Part shown: positions 18,537 through 26,517 of the stretch, one piece after another
Numbering within the stretch: the first letter of the stretch is position 1
Layout: the number at the start of each line of letters is the position of its first letter
Virus record (IMG/VR): IMGVR_UViG_3300037454_000906
Location: 160,001 to 224,000 of that record
Source: a virus
Reading direction: 5' to 3' (one strand)
Length of the DNA stretch: 64,000 nucleotides
Made by a program: the position numbers and the translations under genes
Notes under the pieces: model-generated
What the model saw: only the letters and a program-made list of their open reading frames with translations
The model's database searches: none
Told to the model about the DNA's origin: nothing

Positions 18537-19364
18537 TTAAATGTCGATTATGCAGTCATGCATCTCAGTGATGTAGCGTTCGCCCGGGTAACCATGCGGG
18601 TTCGCTATGATGTGGACGATGCCCCCGTTGTCCTTGGTATAATCAGTCTTAAACTGATTGTGCACGTGCCCGCATACCCAGTAAGAATCGTCCGGCATTT
18701 CTTCCAAGAATTCCTTCCCGTTGAAGTAGAAAAACGGGGTATTCCTGTCGAACCGGTATTTGGCGGCCACCCCCATTTCGTAGGGGGCGAAATGGGTCAC
18801 CATGACCTTCGGTTTCTGTGCAATCAACCGGTGCATTTCGTCCTTGTAATGATTCCAGATCGTTTCCGGCTGCATGTCCATGTACCGCCAGTGAACCCCA
18901 TCGTACCAATGGCGCTTCCACATGAGATGCATGGGCGGGTCAATGTCGCACATGCCCATGCACCCGGCCACTCCGTCAACCATGTCCCCTTCGAGGAGGT
19001 GCACGTTAGGGCACTTCTTTTTCAGAAAGGCCCGCATTTCTCCAATCTTGTTTTCGGATGTCTTAAATTTCTGGTTGGATTTCGATGGGGTCGCACCGCG
19101 TACCGTAAGGTCATGGTTTCCCAGGACAATGTAGACCTTCTCATACTTGCTGGCAAGGAACGGCATGAACTGCTTAAAGGTGCGGTAGTCGTTGGAAAAA
19201 TCGCCGGCACTGATCAGCGCGGGAGTATCCGGAAGCGATACCACGTTCCACCATTCGTTGAATGTCGTGAGGCATTCATCGGCGGTATAGTCATCCTTCG
19301 CGGGAAACACCGAATACTGGTACCGGAAGTCTATGTGTATGTCGGAGAGCAGAAGAGCTTTCAT
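18537..19364 (-). CDS. Calcineurin-like metallophosphoesterase
   Basis: SDIH, AGDFSN, LGNHD, VTHFAP, CGHVH complete; start refined to MKALLL (TGATG overlap). Confidence 0.9.
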   Translation of the reverse strand: MKALLLSDIHIDFRYQYSVFPAKDDYTADECLTTFNEWWNVVSLPDTPALISAGDFSNDYRTFKQFMPFLASKYEKVYIVLGNHDLTVRGATPSKSNQKFKTSENKIGEMRAFLKKKCPNVHLLEGDMVDGVAGCMGMCDIDPPMHLMWKRHWYDGVHWRYMDMQPETIWNHYKDEMHRLIAQKPKVMVTHFAPYEMGVAAKYRFDRNTPFFYFNGKEFLEEMPDDSYWVCGHVHNQFKTDYTKDNGGIVHIIANPHGYPGERYITEMHDCIIDI

Positions 19365-19696
19365 CAGGGAGCCCCCGTAGTGATTGTTGAGATGAATCCG
19401 CTCACCACGCCGATACCCATATACAGTGCCATGCTTGTGACGATGATTGCCAAAATCGTCTTCATGACAGTCAAGATGATAGGAGCCGGCTTGATGACGG
19501 CATACGCGAGTACGCCGCCAAATATGAATACCGTTACCACTATGACGAACGCCTCGGCGGCCTTTTCCGTATTTACTATCATTGCACTGAAAATAGCAAA
19601 CAGTATGATCGAGCAAATGGCTGCGGCTATTACGCCCACGCCATAACCTATAACCCGGTTCAATATTTTGTTGTATTTTTGAAGTTTCGAAGTCAT
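19364..19696 (-). CDS. Membrane protein (about 3 TM)
   Basis: Hydrophobic; upstream TTGACA...TATAAT. Confidence 0.7.
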   Translation of the reverse strand: MTSKLQKYNKILNRVIGYGVGVIAAAICSIILFAIFSAMIVNTEKAAEAFVIVVTVFIFGGVLAYAVIKPAPIILTVMKTILAIIVTSMALYMGIGVVSGFISTITTGAP

Positions 19697-19706
19697 AATA
19701 GTAAAA

Positions 19707-20174
19707 TTATAAAACCGACCGGTTTTTGTCAATGATTCCCACTCCGCATACCGTGTAATTCGTCACCTGCTCGATATTGTCGTCGCGAGTGAACGTGTTC
19801 CCGACCACATATAATGCCGGAACGGCTGTCCCCTGTTCCATCATTGCACAGAGTTCCTTTATAGTGTCAGTGTTCTTGAGGATGGCCATGTCCGCTTTAA
19901 TCATGTTTCCTTCGATTCGCAAGTTGGAAAACCCGATTGTCTTCGACATGTCCACCTCAGCCACAGCAGGCAACTCATTGGCGGGCAAATCAATTCGGCA
20001 CGGAAGAGGCCTGCCGCCCAACTCGTCAATAAGAGCCTGTGCAACTTCCTTGGACACCAGTCGCCCATTACGGTTGACTTGGTCCAACGGAAGGACATCG
20101 CTCGTGATGAAGTAGATATCATCCTCATTCGCGTGCAACTGTGCCCCGAGCATCTTCTTGGTCTCTGTATTCAT
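19707..20174 (-). CDS. Prohead-protease (T4 gp21-like) fold protein lacking catalytic residues
   Basis: DQVNRNGRLVSKEV...NLRIEGNMIKADMAILK resembles gp21; HP and SSRG motifs absent. Confidence 0.5.
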   Translation of the reverse strand: MNTETKKMLGAQLHANEDDIYFITSDVLPLDQVNRNGRLVSKEVAQALIDELGGRPLPCRIDLPANELPAVAEVDMSKTIGFSNLRIEGNMIKADMAILKNTDTIKELCAMMEQGTAVPALYVVGNTFTRDDNIEQVTNYTVCGVGIIDKNRSVL

Positions 20175-20185
20175 GATTTTACCTC

Positions 20186-20980
20186 CTATGGCCTCTCTGG
20201 CAAGAATGTCGACCAGTCCTCAAAGGTGAACGGGTGCAACGTATCCAGCTTGCGTTCGCCGGGGTTCATGCTATCCGCATCAAGTGTTGATGCATGCAGA
20301 AGGCCATCGTATATCTCCACATTCGTCGTGACTATATGGTTGTCCTTGCTACTGTACGATGCCAGCCCGAACAGTTTCTCGTTCGGGATGTACGCATCAT
20401 ATTCCTTTTCCGGCTTCCACCACCCATTCTCCATGCATTCTTCAACGCGGCGGATATATGTACGTATCCGGTTGGTCGACAGCACATTGTGGATAGGGAA
20501 GGTGCGGTTGTCAGGGCAGTCGCTGCACGTAATCCGTATTCGCACGTTCTTGGCCAGTCCCCTGCGCACCATCTCCTTGGTGGCATACCAGTACATGTTG
20601 GCAAACAGCATTTCCGGCTCGTCCGTAAGCAGATACCGGTCGATTTCCCTCTTCACGTTACCGAAGCTGTCCGTGAACATCGAATCGCAGTGCAGGTCAT
20701 CCAAGCTGAAATTGGCATAGGCGCTGAACAGGTGAAGCGCCTTGTTGGATCGGTAGGGCACCCTACCGATTTCGAACACGTCGCTCACTTCCATCAATCC
20801 AGTTTCCTCACGCAGTTCCCTCATGGCGGCCTCGAGAGGTTCCTCGCCGGCCTCGATGTGCCCTTTCGGAATATCCCACGAATGCCGGTCGGCACAAGCA
20901 TGCCCGGTAGGATGGGATACCAGGAGACGGTCAGATCCTCTCTGGAATATTATGAACCCGGCACTTACTTCCTTGGGCAT
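20186..20980 (-). CDS. Nudix hydrolase with C-terminal extra domain
   Basis: SAGFII...WDIPKGHIEAGEEPLEAAMRELREETGL Nudix box. Confidence 0.9.
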   Translation of the reverse strand: MPKEVSAGFIIFQRGSDRLLVSHPTGHACADRHSWDIPKGHIEAGEEPLEAAMRELREETGLMEVSDVFEIGRVPYRSNKALHLFSAYANFSLDDLHCDSMFTDSFGNVKREIDRYLLTDEPEMLFANMYWYATKEMVRRGLAKNVRIRITCSDCPDNRTFPIHNVLSTNRIRTYIRRVEECMENGWWKPEKEYDAYIPNEKLFGLASYSSKDNHIVTTNVEIYDGLLHASTLDADSMNPGERKLDTLHPFTFEDWSTFLPERP

Positions 20981-21960
20981 CAGATTTCATCTCCCGTGTT
21001 GGAAGTCTCGTTTGGCATAATTATTTCCGGCAACTCATCCTTCTTGAGTAGGTCATTGGGGGCGTGCAGGTTGACGTGGAACTCGGCTATTTCCGACCGT
21101 ATGACGGTAAGGTCCGGGTTTCTCCTGGCTTCGTGAAGAGCCGGGAGCCGTTCGATTTCCTCCGCAGTAAACTTACGCCTGAGCAACTTGCGCTTAAAGT
21201 AAAATCCGACTATCTGGGGAGCAGTGTATTTGGACCAGAACCTGATTCCCTTATCTTCAATCATCTTCAGCTTCTCGTCTGAGTTCTTGTTCAGTAGGGC
21301 CTTGTGGGAGTACAGCGATTGGGCAACTGCAGAGATGGCGTTTCTTGTCGCATCCCTCTCTCGCCATAGCTGGTAATAGTTGACCAGGTTGTCATCGGGA
21401 ATCCCGAAGGCGCGCCCGTCGAATGCAGGGAGCTTGGATAATTTCTTGCCGGTGCTATCCTCATATGACCTGATGAACGAGGCCGTCGCCACAGAAGCGG
21501 CCAGGGAAGCCAGCTTGTGCGCCTTTCGCCCGTAGTCAAGCGATTCCTTGGGGAGCACGATAGTTATCTCGTCCGACTGGGTATACCCGTAAAGTGCAGG
21601 GAAGAACTCGATGAGACTCTTGGTCGCATCGTGCATCGCCTTCTGCATGTTCTCGTCGAACGGCTTCGCCATTTTCTTGGTGAACGTGTGGAATGTGTGG
21701 CCGTCCACACGGATGACCGGGTACATGCCATCCGGGATCACGGTATAGCCGTTGTAATATGGCCAACCAACTCTGATCCGGCAGCAACCCCTTGTGTTCG
21801 CGGGATGCCCGGCGCCGGTAAAATCGCCTTCAATGTCCTTGAAAAAATCGGCGATTGGTACTTTCTGTATCTCCTCACCAGACTTTTTATCGGCAACGAC
21901 CTTCGCTGAACCGTCATTTGTAAAATTAAATTTTCGTTTTATCCATTCAAACATTGACAT
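20980..21960 (-). CDS. Thg1-like tRNA(His) guanylyltransferase / 3'-5' nucleotidyltransferase
   Basis: VIRVDGHTFHTFT...YGYTQSDEITIV...GRKAHKLASLAAS...AFDGRAF...WRERDATRNAI. Confidence 0.9.
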   Translation of the reverse strand: MSMFEWIKRKFNFTNDGSAKVVADKKSGEEIQKVPIADFFKDIEGDFTGAGHPANTRGCCRIRVGWPYYNGYTVIPDGMYPVIRVDGHTFHTFTKKMAKPFDENMQKAMHDATKSLIEFFPALYGYTQSDEITIVLPKESLDYGRKAHKLASLAASVATASFIRSYEDSTGKKLSKLPAFDGRAFGIPDDNLVNYYQLWRERDATRNAISAVAQSLYSHKALLNKNSDEKLKMIEDKGIRFWSKYTAPQIVGFYFKRKLLRRKFTAEEIERLPALHEARRNPDLTVIRSEIAEFHVNLHAPNDLLKKDELPEIIMPNETSNTGDEI

Positions 21961-21963
21961 ATC

Positions 21964-22269
21964 CTATAATCCATGGTATTTCAGCACCTTGCCCAACGCA
22001 TCCTTCAGATCATTGATGACGGCGAGGTTGGCATTTTGGTACGTTTCCCATAACTGCGCTATCTCGAGGTCACAGAGCATTTCGTACACGGGGTTGTTGT
22101 CCGTGCAGTCACCTTTCTCGACTATGCTCCTCATTTCTGAGCATGCGCTTTCGATTGCATCGAGTCCAGAGTTTGCCGAAGTCTCATAATCGGGCATCGC
22201 CGCGCGTATTTCGCCGACGTATCCCTCAATGTCCTGAATGTAGGACTCTATTTCTTCATTTGTTGACAT
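21964..22269 (-). CDS. Hypothetical acidic protein
   Basis: Start MSTNEE, 6 nt after -10 TATATT; -35 TTGCCA (22305-22300). Confidence 0.7.
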   Translation of the reverse strand: MSTNEEIESYIQDIEGYVGEIRAAMPDYETSANSGLDAIESACSEMRSIVEKGDCTDNNPVYEMLCDLEIAQLWETYQNANLAVINDLKDALGKVLKYHGL

Positions 22270-22327
22270 ACACAAAATATAGCTAATTTTTTCAGATTTT
22301 GGCAATTTGCCTTGAAAAATTTCCGAT

Positions 22328-22520
22328 ACGCTCGCCGCCGGATATGAACTACCCACCGGCTAAAGACCGGTGGGTTTCGGTAACCACCGGTGCAACCAGT
22401 TGAATTTCCCGCATCACAGCACCGCTGCTTTTTAGGTCACAAAGACGTTCATCCACAGTTGGGTTCTCCGCAAGGCATAGCGGTCGCAAGACCACGGCTT
22501 CCCCGGTTCGCGGGGTACCT
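22328..22520 (-). ncRNA. Predicted omegaRNA of TnpB 1 (scaffold plus flanking guide ATCCGGCGGCGAGCG...)
   Basis: Established TnpB biology: reRNA overlaps the ORF 3' end and right end; structured tail present; limits approximate. Confidence 0.6.
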
Positions 22521-23620
22521 TCGTTATCTAGTATTCTAAATCCTTCATCAAGTATGTTCTTGGCAGCATTCCAATCTCTATCTACTAGGCTACCGCAGTC
22601 TGGACATATCCACGCCCTTTCGCTAAGTTTCAATGTATGGTATCTATGCCCGCAGTTGTTGCATAGTTGCGAACTGGGGAAGAACCGTCCTACCTTAACG
22701 ACCGTACGGTTATGCCATTGAGCTTTGTACTCTATCATCTTAGTTAGTGTACCGAGTGCCTGATTGGCCAACGCGCCAGCAAGACAGTGGTTCTTCTGCA
22801 TTCCCTTTATGTTAAGGTTCTCCATACAGATTATGTCATAGTCACGAACTAGCCTGTGTGATACTTGATGAAGGAAGTTATTCCTTCTGTTACCCAGTTT
22901 TTCATGGGCTGTGACAAGTTGAATACGGACTTTCTCGTATCGACTGCCGCCTTTCTTCGCCTTTGCGAGTTTCCTCTGCAAATGCCTAATCTTTCGTTCC
23001 GACTTCTGTTCAAAGTGCGGATTCTTAATTACTTCTCCGTTGGACATCACGATGGACGACTTGATACCGAGGTCGATGCCCACACATTCACCGGTATGCA
23101 ACATCTCAGGTTCATCAACATCACAGCATATTGAGCAATAATAGTCGCCTTTCTTGCTTTTCTTGATTGTAACATTGTAAATTTTAACGATGTTTTCGTG
23201 TTCGAATGTCTTACCGAATCGACACTTGACTGCGCCAACTTTCGGCAGTACAATGGAATTGCCAACAATTAGTTTCTTAATATCCTTGTGGCACATAGCA
23301 TTACGGTAACTCTGTTTGTCCTTCTTGGACTTGTATCTCGGATACTTGGATTTGCCGGTAAAGAAGTTCTGGTAGGCTTGGTTCATATCCATATAGGCAT
23401 TAGCCAATCCTTGTGAGTCAGCCTCCTTCAACCATTCCCATTCTTCCTTAAACGACTTCAATTTCGGCTGGAAAGACATCTTGGTCTCTTCGTAGATATA
23501 TGACTTAATTTTAAGGCACTGGTTATACACAAAACGACAGCAACCGAAGGTCTTTGCAAAGAATACCTTCTGCGCCTTGTTCGGATATAGCTTGATTTCG
23601 ATGCCTTTTTTAACTATCAT
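22349..23620 (-). CDS. tnpB: TnpB RNA-guided endonuclease
   Basis: IKLYPN..Q...FGCCRFVYN; RuvC GIDLG / MENL / DRDWNAAKNI intact; CNNCG...CPDCG zinc finger. Confidence 0.95.
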   Translation of the reverse strand: MIVKKGIEIKLYPNKAQKVFFAKTFGCCRFVYNQCLKIKSYIYEETKMSFQPKLKSFKEEWEWLKEADSQGLANAYMDMNQAYQNFFTGKSKYPRYKSKKDKQSYRNAMCHKDIKKLIVGNSIVLPKVGAVKCRFGKTFEHENIVKIYNVTIKKSKKGDYYCSICCDVDEPEMLHTGECVGIDLGIKSSIVMSNGEVIKNPHFEQKSERKIRHLQRKLAKAKKGGSRYEKVRIQLVTAHEKLGNRRNNFLHQVSHRLVRDYDIICMENLNIKGMQKNHCLAGALANQALGTLTKMIEYKAQWHNRTVVKVGRFFPSSQLCNNCGHRYHTLKLSERAWICPDCGSLVDRDWNAAKNILDEGFRILDNEGTPRTGEAVVLRPLCLAENPTVDERLCDLKSSGAVMREIQLVAPVVTETHRSLAGG

Positions 23621-23622
23621 AC

Positions 23623-23723
23623 AAAAATCCTACCGGAACTGGTCCTTCCGGTAGGATACAATGTACCTAAGTACATTTTAAACTCTTCTACGACGGCAAG
23701 GACCAGTTGCCTTCGTATATCAG
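23623..23723 (-). ncRNA. Structured leader RNA with three hairpins; loops of H1 and H3 complementary
   Basis: H1 23717-23689 loop CUGGUCC; H2 23677-23660; H3 23657-23627 (12-bp perfect stem) loop GGACCAG plus U-run; promoter TTGACG-17-TACATA and TATAAACT upstream. Confidence 0.7.
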
Positions 23724-23835
23724 TTTATATATGTAGCAAAATTTCCGAAAATCGTCAAGCGGCTTTCATCTCACCCACTAAAGATGGGTGAGTTTTCTCG
23801 CCGCCACATTATAAACTGCTACCCGAGGTACCCCA

Positions 23836-24309
23836 ATGACCAACGAATATACACAAGAACTGGACAGCATGGGCACACGGAGTGGACTAACTCTGCTGAC
23901 CGAGGCAATCAAGAGCGCATATATCGCCCTGCTCGAATCCGAGCAGGCGCCCGGTGAACCCGCATCCCCCGACAGTACACCCCCGCTCCCCGATGGCGGG
24001 GTGTACGTTAGCCCCGACGGCAGTGAGGTGCTCGGGCTTATCTGGTCCGACAACAGCGACAACATCGATGACGAGGACTGGGACCAGGGGTATAACTGCT
24101 ACACGATCGCCGACCGGTATCGTGTCAAGGAAGGGTTTGACCCTTCCCAGCTCCCGTGCGATCCGGCTGAGCTCGATGGGGCCCATGAACTGGAACTTAC
24201 CGAGAACATGACGCAGTTCCTGTACAAAAGGAATTCGTTGCCATCCGAGGAGGATGCGCTCGACGCGTATTACGCCGCGGGGTGGAAGAAGTTGCCATGT
24301 GGCCAGTAG
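23836..24309 (+). CDS. Putative late/internal head protein with N-terminal propeptide motif
   Basis: Late promoter TATAAACT 23810-23817, SD GAGG; LDSM...LLTEAIKSAYIALLES. Confidence 0.65.
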   Translation: MTNEYTQELDSMGTRSGLTLLTEAIKSAYIALLESEQAPGEPASPDSTPPLPDGGVYVSPDGSEVLGLIWSDNSDNIDDEDWDQGYNCYTIADRYRVKEGFDPSQLPCDPAELDGAHELELTENMTQFLYKRNSLPSEEDALDAYYAAGWKKLPCGQ

Positions 24310-24319
24310 TGGGTGAGCC

Positions 24320-24961
24320 ATGTACGACTATCGCATAGACAAAACCATCGACCAATTGGACCCGGTTCCATCGGAGTCATGGAGTTCGGACCAGGTAGAT
24401 GCATTCTTTGATTCGGCATTGGTGCCTGTAGCGGGAATAACCCCGCAGGGCTCTTACAGGACGTTCAATAATTCGTTTAAGTCGATAATCGAACGTTATA
24501 CGCCGATGTTCACGCCAAAACTTCCCGTGTTTATTGGCAATTCGGGTAGTTCACCGACCTCCCCGACCAACAATACGGCGACTTTTGGAATCACCAAGGT
24601 GTCAAGCGAAGGGGATGCCATTTTCCTCCAGTCCAATGTCTTGAAGGTGAAACCGGGGTGGTATCATGTCGATGCGGTAGCCACAGTAAACTTTTCGGGC
24701 ACCGCGTCGAATACTATTGTTCCGGTAACATTCAACCTTGAACTCGATGGCGCGGAAGTATGCTCCGACGCCATTCAGTTTGACTATTCGTATCCCAGCA
24801 ATTCGGCTACCCTACATCTGCATGGCATTACGGTAAATTCGGGAACCGATGCAGCATCGTTGGTATTTAAAGTTACGGGATTGCTTGACGGGTCCACGGC
24901 GACATTGAATCACGCGGCCCTCTTCCAGGTCAGGCCAATTGACACCGCAGCGGCCCAATAG
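24320..24961 (+). CDS. Putative virion protein with C-terminal beta-sandwich (C1q/BclA-like)
   Basis: VLKVKPGWYHVDAVATVNF beta-rich pattern; co-transcribed late gene. Confidence 0.55.
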   Translation: MYDYRIDKTIDQLDPVPSESWSSDQVDAFFDSALVPVAGITPQGSYRTFNNSFKSIIERYTPMFTPKLPVFIGNSGSSPTSPTNNTATFGITKVSSEGDAIFLQSNVLKVKPGWYHVDAVATVNFSGTASNTIVPVTFNLELDGAEVCSDAIQFDYSYPSNSATLHLHGITVNSGTDAASLVFKVTGLLDGSTATLNHAALFQVRPIDTAAAQ

Positions 24962-25103
24962 TCCTTACATATGAACTACCCACCGGCTAAAGACCGGTGG
25001 GTTTCGGTTCCCACCGTTACCAGTGATGCTTCCTGCTCAAGACAGCTATTGCTGCCAGTATCAACAGGCTTAACCTCTAAGGTTCCCCCAGTCCCTGGGG
25101 TAC
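24955..25103 (-). ncRNA. Predicted omegaRNA of TnpB 2 (guide ATGTAAGGACTATTGG...)
   Basis: Position at right end; structured tail; limits approximate. Confidence 0.55.
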
Positions 25104-26202
25104 TTGAATTGTTAAGACGACGACCTTCAACGAGTATGTTGAGGGCTGAGTTCTCGTCCCTGTCCAGCGGTTCTCCACATACAGGGCAAGTCCACTTGCG
25201 GTCTTCGAGAGTAAGTTCGTCGTTCTTGAAATGACACTTGTGACATAGCTTCGTGGACGGGAAGAACATACTTACCTTCAAGTAGGTCCTTCCATACCAT
25301 GCCGCCTTGTATTCCACCTTGTCCAGGAACGAGCTCCACGCAGCATCCGCAATGGATTTCGCCAGCTTGTGGTTCTTCATGAGGTTCCTGACTTTCAGGT
25401 CCTCGGAGTAGATGCATTGGTTTTCTGCAACTAGCTGCCAGGAGACCTTGTGCTGAAAGTCGTTCCGCTGGTTTTTAATCTTCTCATGCACCAATGCCAC
25501 TCGCAACTGCTGCTTTTTGTAGTTGTTCGAGCCCTTGGTGCGGTGGCTTAATTTCCTCTGTTCCTTCGCAAGGCTTTCTTGCGATTTATTAAAATACTTC
25601 GGATTTTCGATAACACATCCATCGGAATCCACAAGGAAATCTTTTAGTCCTAAATCAAATGCAATGTCGTTGGCCGTATGTGGTAGTGAGTTCGGTTCTT
25701 CCACTTCGCAGCATATCGAACAAAAATACTTTCCTGTCGGAGTCTTCTTTATTGTTATGTTCCAGACTTTAATGATGCCTATATTGTTGAAATCATATCC
25801 CTGACGGAATGTGACTGGACCTGCTTTCGGGATGATTATCTTGTTGCCGACCACCAGTTCTTTGATGTCAGAATGCATCATCGCATTACGATAGCTCTGC
25901 TTATCAGTTTTCTTCTTGTATTTCGGATATCCGGTCCTTCCGGAGAAGAAATTCTGGTAAGCAGTATTCATGTCCATGTAGGCATTTGCCAGTCCTTGAG
26001 AATCGGCTTCCTTCAACCACGGCCACTCCTCCTTGAACGAGCGGAGATTTGGTTTGAAGTTCATGTATGTCTCTTCGTATATACAGGACTTCATCCATAG
26101 GCAGTGGTTGTACACAAAACGACAGCACCCGAACGTCTTGTTGAAAAACGTCCGCTGTTCTTGATTAGGATATAGTCGTATCTCAAATGCCTTCTTTATC
26201 AT
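24976..26202 (-). CDS. tnpB: TnpB RNA-guided endonuclease
   Basis: EIRLYPNQEQ...FGCCRFVYN; RuvC AFDLG / SEDL / DRDENSALNI; CHKC...CPVC. Confidence 0.95.
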   Translation of the reverse strand: MIKKAFEIRLYPNQEQRTFFNKTFGCCRFVYNHCLWMKSCIYEETYMNFKPNLRSFKEEWPWLKEADSQGLANAYMDMNTAYQNFFSGRTGYPKYKKKTDKQSYRNAMMHSDIKELVVGNKIIIPKAGPVTFRQGYDFNNIGIIKVWNITIKKTPTGKYFCSICCEVEEPNSLPHTANDIAFDLGLKDFLVDSDGCVIENPKYFNKSQESLAKEQRKLSHRTKGSNNYKKQQLRVALVHEKIKNQRNDFQHKVSWQLVAENQCIYSEDLKVRNLMKNHKLAKSIADAAWSSFLDKVEYKAAWYGRTYLKVSMFFPSTKLCHKCHFKNDELTLEDRKWTCPVCGEPLDRDENSALNILVEGRRLNNSSTPGTGGTLEVKPVDTGSNSCLEQEASLVTVGTETHRSLAGG

Positions 26203-26215
26203 ACTATTATACAGT

Positions 26216-26368
26216 CTATAACCACAATAGTAAACACACTAAAATAATAGGTGCGCTAATTATTGGTATCATATACCAATGTAATTTCATATCATCTTGA
26301 TTAATGGCATGGCTATGTGAGTTTTGACCGAATATGAATCCTATCATAAATGCTATGTAATTATCCAT
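26216..26368 (-). CDS. Unannotated 50-aa hydrophobic passenger peptide inside IS
   Basis: Manual read MDNYIAFMIGFIFGQNSHSHAINQDDMKLHWYMIPIISAPIILVCLLLWL*; stop 13 nt before tnpB ATG; open frame across very AT-rich DNA. Confidence 0.55.
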   Translation of the reverse strand: MDNYIAFMIGFIFGQNSHSHAINQDDMKLHWYMIPIISAPIILVCLLLWL

Positions 26369-26384
26369 ATATGATGCCTATATA

Positions 26385-26488
26385 CAAAATGACCCCGATG
26401 CGACAATACTGCGGAACCTTGTACGCACCGGAGCCGAAATTGCTATCTTTGTATAGATGATGGAAGGTTCCGCCAGTCCTCATCTACT
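26385..26488 (-). ncRNA. Structured leader RNA 2 with complementary H1/H3 loops
   Basis: H1 26486-26454 loop CUGGCGGAACCU; H3 26433-26393 loop GGUUCCGCAGUA; promoter TTGCAT(26523-26518)-17-TATAAA(26500-26495). Confidence 0.6.
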
Positions 26489-26517
26489 CATAAGTTTATA
26501 GCATCAACATAGAAATT

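Larger units (their letters stand above)
22344..23810 (-). mobile_element. IS200/IS605-family element 1, tnpB only (IS1341-like, non-autonomous)
   Basis: Left end after TTAT (23814-23811) with hairpin CTCACCCA-TCTTTAG-TGGGTGAG; right end hairpin CCCACCGG-TCTTTAG-CCGGTGGG then TAGTTCAT; exact junction ambiguous by 1-2 nt. Confidence 0.9.

Noticed and set aside
18486-19646. 386-aa + strand ORF, and the track's 359-aa extended start for the phosphoesterase
   Set aside because: Antisense shadow; the true start is MKALLL at 19364 with a TGATG overlap
22349-22520. TnpB ORFs extending through the omegaRNA to identical ...TETHRSLAGG C-termini
   Set aside because: Expected consequence of the shared right-end DNA; common in IS1341-type elements, not a separate function
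26200-26235. TTTACT-17-TATAAT promoter-like match just before tnpB 2
   Set aside because: The -10 is only 3 nt from the ATG, so a transcript would start inside the ORF; AT-rich chance match is likely
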